Assembly: GCA_000934665.2 (NCBI GenBank)
Contig: JYFJ02002401.1
Coordinates: 45,771 to 65,770 of the forward strand
DNA length: 20,000 nucleotides
Source: Catajapyx aquilonaris
Lineage: Eukaryota
Direction: 5' to 3'
Shown: piece after piece, positions 1-9,433 of the stretch
Position numbering within the stretch: position 1 is the first letter of the stretch
How the letters are laid out: every line of letters begins with the position of its first letter
Made by a program: the position numbers and the translations under genes
Notes under the pieces: generated by a model
Told to the model about the DNA's origin: nothing
The model's database searches: none
Seen by the model: only the letters and a program-made list of their open reading frames with translations

Positions 1-1191
1 CAATATTTTTCTCGCATCCAAACAGGTAGCAGAACTGATGCAAGGATTGATATGCATGAGTGGATGTGCATGTCATTACTGTATCAGGTATAGCAGGGTA
101 GCCAGCCAGCTGGAAGTATTTTCCAGTTGCGTTAGGCCAACTTGATTGAGCTGTGTCGAATGAAGAGATTCCACACAGCCACCAATCCAGGAAATTAGGA
201 TGGGGGGACAATAACTCAAAGCTGAATTGATGAGATTTATCAGTCGCTTCAGGGACGAGTGTGTTCAACTTTCAGTCCGGAATGCATACAGTTTGGAATA
301 TTTTCCTATTTCCAACCATAATACAGTCCGTTAAAGCGAAAGAACGATCTGACGTCACGTTCAGCCCCGCCTCCACCCGGATCTTCCCTCCTATCATGTC
401 TCCGAATCGCTCTGCAAGCACACTACTGCTCATGCTCAGAAAACATGGCTGGTGTGACGTCAGATCGTTCTTTCGCTTAAAGAACTGTAGAACTTGTAAA
501 GGATAACTTGATAAAACCGCTTGTAATTTCAGATACTTTATACGATACCTTGCCTTAATGCACGTTGATTACATTTTGCTTCAATTTGTTTTCTCTAATG
601 ACAAATACTTTGATGTCAGTTGCATGCTGTAGCTTATAATTTCCCCTTTCGTGCCAGATTGCCTCTACAATTAGTTTCTATGACTGCGTGGTTTCCTCTC
701 GTCTCGTTTAAGAAAAATACCTTGATATTAGTGCAGCGTTTCTCAAAAGTCAGGGTTGCAAGACAAAAGTTTGGTCATGATCGCAAACTTGTCGAAAATT
801 TATAATTAACGTTCTCACGGTTTCTATAAGCGTACAGTTTTAACAAGAAATCGGCACGTTATTTCAGACCTACCGCACATTATAGGCCATATAACTGGGT
901 ATACGCATTGTTAATTCCATCTATGACCGCAGATCACCCTTCTCCCTGCCTCCCCATAATGCATTTGTCACACTTTATATGATGTTGAGAGGGGTAAGGG
1001 AGGGGAGAGACGCGCGGATCTGAAATGCCATCTCAAAATAAAATTTTGGTCATAGTCTTTATATGCACTTTGGTCCAAAACGCAATATTTTTATTTTCAA
1101 AACTAAAATGTTTGCTGAAATTTTTGGCGGCTTACACGCGAGAGTAGGTACAAAACTTGGTCCAACTTTTACAGGTGAATAAACTTTAGTT

Positions 1192-1282
1192 GTCGTAAAA
1201 GAATACTTTATTTATTTATTTATTTATTACGATACCCCTTTCGAGGGCAGTGCTCTTTTTGGGAGTCGTAAAAGAATACTTT
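1192..1282 (-). mobile_element. 55-bp 3'-end stub of a retroposon with a (TAAA)n tail, flanked by an 18-bp TSD
   Basis: gtcgtaaaagaatacttt occurs exactly at 1192-1209 and 1265-1282. The insert 1210-1264 reads on the minus strand ...ccct-cgaa-aggg-gtatcgtaa(taaa)n. Confidence 0.8.
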
Positions 1283-1324
1283 GATTCACATGAGAAATGA
1301 TTTCAACGAAATGTATTTTTTTCT

Positions 1325-1430
1325 ATTAGTTTCGGCCACTTTATCCTGGTCTTGAAGCAACCCTTCACACACACACCTCCTCGCCGTGGGGCCTGTGCGA
1401 AGGGTTGTTTCAAGACCAGCCGCAACTAAT
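1325..1430. repeat. Short palindromic element (MITE-like) with nested inverted repeats
   Basis: Inner arms ctggtcttgaagcaacccttcacaca (1346-1371) and tgtgcgaagggttgtttcaagaccag (1394-1419) are 24/26 complementary. Outer arms attagtttcgg (1325-1335) and ccgcaactaat (1420-1430) are 10/11 complementary. Confidence 0.75.
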
Positions 1431-2633
1431 TGAGACCGATAGTACCTGCTCTAAATAATGTTCGTACAAGCACGCAATATCGTCACCACTTTACATTGAC
1501 AACTTCTCATGAACGGCATTGTTGACGAAAAGGCGCGTGCCAGTACAAATATTAAAGCCAAATATTGAAGTTCCACCGCACCGGATTGTCCACCACTGCT
1601 AATTTCACCACTTCCATTTTTTACAAAAATCCGGTCCAGTCGCGACAATTTTGACAACAAATCCGTAATGATGCAGCAAGTTCAATACGTGGACATGCGT
1701 GCTCCCCGAGTACAGTATTCTCGACCACTTTTGCCAGTGCTACTGCGGTAAGAGTCTGATAAGCAGAGACTAGCATGGCAGATGGCCATCGAACCAATGC
1801 GTTTGACAGTCAGTAAGCGATGCCAGCAGGGTCCGACCGTTAGCAATAGAGTGAGTGGAAAGCATGTATCGACGGGTAGGAAATAATGGGAAGGCCGGAA
1901 GTGAGTGGTGATCGTTATAAGGGCGGATTGTGTGGTGTCACCTGGTGAGAGTGCTCTGGAACTAGTAGACGTCGGCAGCGTCGCCGCCGTCGTGGCCTGC
2001 ATCGCCAGGCCTGAAGCCACTTACTCAGCGGACCTGCACGCACGAGTCTACGCTCCGCATATTTCCCTCTCGCATTTTTTTTGACCTCACAGGTGGGCAC
2101 CAGCATACCCTGTCTACAAACCAGTGTCGAACCACAACAGGGCTCGGAAGTGCCCAAACAAGGTCACACCTAGTCAATAATTTTGGGATCAAACCCCGCC
2201 TCTTGTTTCAAAATATACACCCACCATTTATTATTTGGAAGCATTTTTTGGGGGGAAGGGAGTTATGATGGTTTGGGTACGGTGTGTGGTGTTAGTGAAG
2301 TGAGTGGGCTTGGTGCGGCAACATCCATCATGGATATCCGGACACTGCGGTAGTACAAGGGCGGCCCCGGGTTGGGGATAACGGCCCCGGGGCCAATGAT
2401 CCGGCAAGGCCAAGGGTGGGTCTTGCACTTTGACATTTGACAGTGGAGGGACCTCACAGGTTTGGACATCCACGCCCACCTGTCATATCCACGTTGTCAC
2501 TTAACCATAGTGTAGTGATTTGCATTTGTTGCATGAGTTTTGACTTAAGTTGGGTGCATGCATAATGATTTCGTATAGGACAATCGGATTGCATACCAGA
2601 GTGCATGTAATGCATTTTGCTCCCTTTAGCATT

Positions 2634-2652
2634 GGGGAGGGGGGGGGGGGGG
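2634..2652 (+). repeat. G-tract (G4AG14), potential G-quadruplex
   Basis: Direct reading. Confidence 0.8.
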
Positions 2653-5092
2653 TACAAAAGGAGGTTAATGATCCTGAGTGAAGCAGAACGGTTGGGAAGG
2701 TTCCCCTCCACCATGCACTCAAATTTAAGCTTCTTTGTCCAAGGGTTATTCCCCCAACCTCTCACTCCTCCACACCACCCCACTTCCTACTGATTATTGA
2801 TCATTTCAACTTCGGAAACTATGAGACCTTCCAATTATTTCGTAACAACTACCTTACTGCCATACATCCTGGCATCGGACCTGCAACAAAACGTTATACC
2901 GCTTTGCGTACGCGGTACTTGATTGCTTCACTTTAGATATAAAATCCCCCACCGCATTTTAGAGATTATATCAATTGGGCCGGGAAAAAAACAACAGATA
3001 AGCAGCCATTAGTCATATTATTACTGTTGAGTAAACTTTCGTAACAATTGAAACTTACCATCCGAATTGTTGGCATTAAACGGACAAGCCGGCCATAAAT
3101 CAATCTGGCGATTGCTTCCCATTCCCTCTAAAAGTAATAGTGCAGTCTAATTGATGCCCTAGTTTACTCAATATGGTGCTATTATTGACTCAACGTGTCT
3201 AGATGAATAATCAATATGGTAATTATGCGCAGACTAATCGCTGACCAATCACAGTTCATTTCCAGTCGGTAGATCTGACCATACCGCTCTGACCATTCCA
3301 TGCATCAGAAATAATTCTTGTTGCCCCCTATACGCCTGTAACATGTATCACAGTTAAGGCTGAATGATTACATAATCAGCAGGATACAGTATTTGTCGGC
3401 GATTTTCTTTCAACTTAAGCGCAGATGAAACCGCTGATTATATTCCGCCATACAGTATTGAAATGAAACATACTTTAATGCACGTACGACATAATCAAGC
3501 AAACGTTTTGTACATGACCTATTACAGGACAGGTAAAATACCAGTCCGCCAGAGCAGGTCAGGGGCCTTTGAGTGAGGCCGGGCATGCATCTTTTATGTC
3601 AGTGTGAATGCCTCTGCCGTTTGATGTGTGTTCTCCTAGCCTGATCAGATCATTCTCTGTGTCATGTCACGCTTGATTCAATGTAGATCTTCCCTTTGGA
3701 AAGGGTCGCTTATAGACTGTACAGTATTTTGAATTTCTGGCTGCGAAAACACGCCTTGATGTGTCACAAAGTGCTACCGATTTACCCGACGCTGCATGCA
3801 CGGTAGTGTACGTAATATATGTGCCAGTAATGATTACGGAGAAGAGCGTCTTTAAAAATAATTGTGTAGCTTCCGGCTTGTAAAAATCCAATAAGAGGCT
3901 AGAAAAAAATAGAAAATCCTTGAGGGGAATGAATAGGAAGTGCGATGATGTGAGTTGATTGCTATTGATTTCGTGCAATGTCGATAGTCGTTGCACATTG
4001 GTTACGTGTATACATGGTCTGGGTGAGTCTTGATGCAATTTGTGGTGGCACGCCAATTCCACGCTTAGGCAGGAGCGACTTTAGGTGAAAGAGAATGAGA
4101 GGATATTTGGTATTCACTTCTTTAGTGGATCAATCAGCTCCAGTGAACTAAAAGTTGATAGAGTGTGAAGCACGTGAAGACAGTTTAATGCCCAATCCCT
4201 CACCGCAGAAACCTGACCTTCCGGAACCAACCGGTCCTCGCCCTTTTCGACATACCCCTTTTATGAACTGGCTTCTGATTATGAGGCTACGATACGGTAT
4301 TATGATTCGCATTGTGCACTGTAGGTCATAGGGAATCTGATGCCATCAGATGTGACGGTAAGTTTCATTATAGGTTTTTCATTACACCTATGTAGGGAGG
4401 ACAGTAATTACCCATTATGCTACTATTTTTTTCTTCGATGGAAAGGACGAGACGAAGCAAATGTTTCGATCCAAGGTGAATAGTAGTATATAGCCTGTAG
4501 GTTATAGTACCTGTCATCTAATGAGCAAAGTCACCTTGTTATTTGTCCGATGTTGTCAACAACACTAATTGCCTCCACACGCCGTAACGACTTCTCCGAG
4601 TAAATAAAATTCCTCGTGGCATTTTGACCTTGCAATATGTCAAGGAATGGTCGTCTGCTTGTTATTCTGGAAATTTTGACGGCTTTGTACTGTACACATT
4701 GTATCTTCACATTGCTCTCAATAAAATTACTAAGCGTTACATATTTGCGTTTTGAAGCAAAATGTACACAGGAAGTACCAACCACGCCAATATTCTGGCG
4801 TCCGATTAAAGTCTTTTTATCCCTTTATTTAAACTTCGGGACTGCACAGATGTTGCAGCAATAACAGTTTTAATAAAGAGTCTGTTTTGCATTCCGGGGA
4901 GCCGGAATTCCTGGGTACGGATTTGCCCTCACTGAAAAATACAATTGCAGTTTCAAATATTTGTGCACTCTTCCAGTGAAAGAATCGCAACACCCCAGGT
5001 AAAATATGCACCGAATTTGTAACTCGAAACATTTCCCCCCTTTCTGACTCAAATTTGAACTTACACCTGTCACCTCCCCCCCCCCCCCNNNN

Positions 5093-5145
<53 letters not shown>
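5093..5145. repeat. (TA)n microsatellite next to poly-C (5076-5088) and ambiguous bases (5089-5092)
   Basis: Direct reading. Confidence 0.98.
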
Positions 5146-5147
<2 letters not shown>

Positions 5148-5489
5148 CCACCGTGAACTTTGATAGGGGTCCGTGACCTGTAGGGGGCGATAGCTTACGA
5201 CCCTTGCTATTGACGTGTAAAAATCCGGAAGTGCGTTTTTGCCTGATGGGCTTTTAGCACAGAATCCGGTCTGCCGTGCTTTAGTCTGACAGGACCCTGA
5301 AATACAATCAGTCCAGTGGTTACACTTAGTGTCGGATTTGTCCCATTTGGTTAGGTAACGAAGGCGTGCAAGCCCAGATCCTCTTTCCTCGGGTTTTGCG
5401 GGTATCCCTGGAGCCAGCAAGTGAAAGAAAAGCTATGCAGGTACTACAGGCACAGGCTATTACTACACTGCAGCACTCGCCTACTTCCT

Positions 5490-5550
5490 CGTTCCATGGC
5501 ACTAACTATAAGTATCTGGGAGTCCTGATGGATCGATGGGAACAACGTAC
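5490..5550 (+). mobile_element. Possible tiny LINE RT relic (YKYLGVLMD)
   Basis: 5507-5533 translates YKYLGVLMD, like the motif near the C-terminal end of LINE RT. No recognisable YADD is nearby. Confidence 0.35.
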
Positions 5551-8144
5551 TAGCTAGGCCAGCTCAAATCCTGGATGTCCTTTTTCCTACCACGCCTGTT
5601 TCTCAAGCCTCCTCTGCAGCTGAACATTGACATTTTTTCTGGCACATCTCCTTCTTTATGCACTTTGTGCACTCAACCCCAATCAGATGCATTACCCAGC
5701 CTGTAGGTTGGGTTCTCTTTACTGTAAAGCTGACGTTGCATTTTATGCACAGGGATTGATCATTGACAGTACGTGACTTGATGATATTTTAGCCTCAGGC
5801 ATTGTCGCTCATTAATTTTCCAACCCGTGCACAGGAATAGAGGGGGTTAGAGTTCAAACCTTTGCTTGGTATTGTGTTCATGGGCTGTATGATGCTTTTG
5901 TTGTTGTTGTTTTTTGATATGGTGGGCATATGTTGTCATTCTAGGAGGGGGGAAATTTTTGCGCATAATGTGATGAATTTTATACATTGCAATCTGTCCG
6001 ATGACGTGCTCAGAATATATGAAAGACACGCCACTATTTGATTAGCCGTCCTGAGTGAAGTGGAATCTTCAAGGTTTATCGATGAGATTTGAAGGGATGG
6101 GCTATGACTTGGGGTAAAATATAGCCGCAATTATAATGAACTGACCAGCCTATGTTGTCAAATTAGTAGGTGGCATGCAATTGTTGAACCACCAAAATGC
6201 GATTTTCAACTATTACAGCAGTTAATTTGCCAATTCTTTTGGTATGGCTGGTATAGATTCCCTATTTTTCAATAGTCTTCTAGTCTATAATATTAATGAC
6301 GTATTACACCAGCATTCGTATAAATTTTGTGTAGGTCAAACAGCTGTGGCGGGTTATTCCCCCAAGGGTGAAATGAACCAAATGAAACAATTGGTGTGTG
6401 GAATATGGCAGCTCACACTGAGATAAAAATAGCAGGGGAGAGAGAGTAGCTTGCTTAGAAGCAAAATCGAAGTTGCAAAAATATAGGCAAAGGCAGCTAG
6501 GGAAAAAGGACGGAAGCGCGAAGTATTGATCAACAAAAGGTGCTTGACGGTTTCTTGCTTTGCTTTGAGTCCAATGCACCTTTTCTTGCATGCATTTCCT
6601 TAGTCCTGATCTGGCACACTCCCTTTGGGGTAGTACAATCTTGACCTTTACTACCAAAACGGTAAACAACAGGGCTCACGGTGCTTGAGGCTTCCAAGGT
6701 GCCGATGCCGGTTCAAGGACCACAGCCTCAATATTGGAGAGTTGAGACTGCTTGTTAAGACCAGTCTTGCGAAAACCCTTATGTTATGTGATCCTATACC
6801 AAAATATGCATGCATTTGGGCTCAGAACTATACATTTCACCTAGGCTGGGCTGGGCTTGTGCTATGTTTCCAGTTCCTAGCGTGTTTAGGTCAACCTGTC
6901 AAAAACAGAGGAGCGTGTGGCTTGAAAGTCCTATAGGCCTACATACTGCGCACAGTACAGTACATATACCAGTACTAAAGATTGTCCTGAATATACTAGT
7001 TTAGCAGGGATATAGAAGGAAAACACTTGATAAATATTCCATAAACGTATATGTGCAGGTACATTAGCATACTAGCGTAAATGTAATGCTGTCCTCTCAG
7101 ATGCAATGTTAATTCCCGGTACACTAATTAAATCGTCAGGCGGGTACTTTTAATGAGCAAAATGGCCAGACTGCAGCTTCATAGCGCTGCCACCACCGAA
7201 TATCAAATCGATTCACTTCTCCTTTCGCATCCGGGAAGAACGGCCTTTGCCCCCGTGTACGCAAGATCGTGCCGTAAATTCCGATAGGGGGAAAGTCAAA
7301 CGTGCAAGACCTGCTTCTGACGTTAATAGGCCGGTGTTAACGTAGTTTTCAGGGATTTAGAAAAAAGAGAGAGACCGCTATTTTTCCAGAGCAAAATTAC
7401 GGTGCTGGAAAAGTCCACTGCGGTCCATACCAGACTCATGCCCAACTCTTGTTTGCTGTGCCATCTGTTTGTATACGAGAGCGTGTGCATATATAGAGGG
7501 ATGGTCCTGCTCTTTGATCACACATTTTATAGTATTGACGTTCTGTTTTCTCAGTGCCTAAAGTGATGCAGGTATGCACAATACATGCGCAGTATGTACA
7601 CTGGACTCTCTTGCTGACAAATGCAGTGCATCGTTAGTGTGTACTCTACTGCGGCAGTGATGCAGTGAAGAGCTCAAAAAACATCATTATTTTTTCAGTT
7701 ATATTCATTACAGTACGTAAACAGCGCTTCTGGAGTGAGTGACCTTACAATGTTTATAATATTGCATCATAATTAACAAGTGTAAGTAACTGCCATTGTA
7801 TGTGCTCTTTCAGCAATCTAGTTGATCTCGTGCGAACACTGTAGATGCGCACATTGATTTTCCACCTACATATGAGTGATAGAATAAAATCCACGCCAGT
7901 TTTTGTGACGTAACCATCGCCTTGCCCCCTCCTAAGTGGCTGACTAGTACCATACAAGATGTTTTTTTTTTTTTTTACTTTAGGGTGCAGTCAGCATGTT
8001 ACAAAAATTATGTTCACATGCCGAGACATCTCTCTTAAGTCAGAAAATAAATTATTGCGTCGTAACGGCGTAGTGTGAAGTTAATTTTATAATATTTCTT
8101 AATTATATTATCCTGAAAGCCTACTACATTATTCAAATCGATTT

Positions 8145-8565
8145 ACCGAAGCAGCAGTAGCTGAGGGGATTTGGTATCCGGCTGCAAATCGGGAGGTCCA
8201 GGGATCAAATCCCCAGGCCGGCAACTCTGACCGTGGTTTTCTGTGGTTTCCCACGGTCACCCCCAGGTGAATACCGGAGTTGTTTCCTAATCGTAGGCCA
8301 CAGCCGCTTCCTACCTTTCCTATCCCTGTCCCATACTGGAGGAGGTGCGGCGTTTGTGGGAGGTCTCTTACCCGCACCTAGAGGGTCGTCTTTCAACCTA
8401 GCCCTCTGGGGGACTGCACACGGCCTCCGCCATGAGACATTGCACTTGCACCACTGTCCCCCCCTCCATCCTGGCACCGGAGAGATAGAAAATGGTCGAA
8501 AAACCTCCCCCCTACATAAGCCTGAAGGCTTCAAGGGTGTAATTTAAAAAAAAATAAAAAAAATA
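8145..8565 (+). mobile_element. Full-length tRNA(Cys)-derived SINE with A-rich tail and 15-bp target-site duplication
   Basis: TSD tattcaaatcgattt at 8130-8144 and 8566-8580. Head has A box TAGCTGAGGGG, anticodon arm tccgg-CTGCAAA-tcggg (GCA = Cys), gaggtc variable loop and B-box-like GGATCAAATCC. Central ggttttctgtggtttccc...ccaggtgaataccgg...ggccacagccgcttcct resembles the core of insect Lm1/Talua-type SINEs (from memory). 3' hairpin aagcc-tgaa-ggctt at 8518-8531; A-rich tail 8546-8563. Confidence 0.92.
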
Positions 8566-9198
8566 TATTCAAATCGATTTCCATCCACATGTATTTACCA
8601 GATGCTTTTGCGTAGGCGCGGATACAGTGAAGGTCGTGTGGGAATATCCAGGCAGAGTAATCTGCTTGCTAAATATTTTATGAGCCCTTCCTGCATTCTC
8701 TCTGAAAGGACATTTTAAAAACTTTCATAGAATGAAATGTGTTTTCCTTTTAGCTACCTCTCAAGGTTGGGCAATGTGCAAGAATAAATCGCTCATACTG
8801 TATACCGGTATACGATGGAACCACTTGGTATCGATAGAGTTCATCGTCCCAGCTCTATTTCCGCTTATTGACTGGAGAGCAAGCTCAGTGCCTGCAGACA
8901 TTGCTTTGTTTGCCGGATACTCCCAGCATTCGCCTGCCAATTTTTTTTTAAATGGCAGGACAAGAATTTGATGATCTAGAAATGTCATGACGGAATTTCA
9001 TGGGTTCTTTGATATACCGGAACAGTTGCGCAACTGTATACATGTTTTGTATGTTTCAGGTGGATGGAGAAGATGCATAAAAATGTTGAGGAGAGGTGGC
9101 GGATCGACAGGTTAATGTTGTCGAACTTGGCTCAAACAGTCGGTGTGTGACTCTTGCTGTCTTCGCGGCTGGAGTGCACGCATCCAACCCCTAGCCGA

Positions 9199-9433
9199 AT
9201 GGCGTCGGCTGTGCGCAGGGGGGGAGGTGGGCCACCTGGCTCAGGGGCGGGCCGAGGTGGAAGTTACCCGTCCCGCCAGAAGAGAATGGGCCCTGCGCCT
9301 TTTGCTTCTTTCGAAGACCTGAGCGACGAGGTGCCAACTACTTCAGAGCCTGGTGACTCTGCGGGTGTTTCCCATTCTTCCCCCCTACCCGAGATCAAAG
9401 AGGACGCCAGATCGCAGGCCGCATCACCTACAG
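9199..9433 (+). CDS. Coding exon 1 (MASAVRRGGG...AASPT); the exon probably begins at 9060 as 5' UTR
   Basis: Acceptor ttttgtatgtttcag ends at 9059. The ATG at 9199 has context cgaATGG. Donor CAG|gtacag at 9433/9434, phase 1. Confidence 0.8.

Noticed and set aside
1334..1410. HDV-like ribozyme suggested by cctcctcgc…gcgaa
   Set aside because: The putative P2 strand does not abut P3, and there is no room for a proper P1 3' strand, P1.1 and P4. The simple long hairpin explains the sequence better.
1450..2800. Cluster of short minus-strand ORFs and GC-rich patches
   Set aside because: No recognisable protein motifs or consistent exon chain; probably decayed repeats.
4870..5420. ORFs with YIYIYI runs
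   Set aside because: Translations of (TA)n across ambiguous bases.
6244..7004. Short ORFs on both strands
   Set aside because: Interrupted frames with no identifiable domain.
8150..8222. Functional tRNA-Cys gene
   Set aside because: The acceptor and D stems do not pair well, the B box is mutated (GGATC), and the sequence continues into a SINE body with tail and TSD.
8762..8857. hAT-like MITE (caaggttgggcaatg…catcgtcccagctcta) containing TATCGATA
   Set aside because: The terminal repeats are too degenerate and there is no 8-bp TSD.
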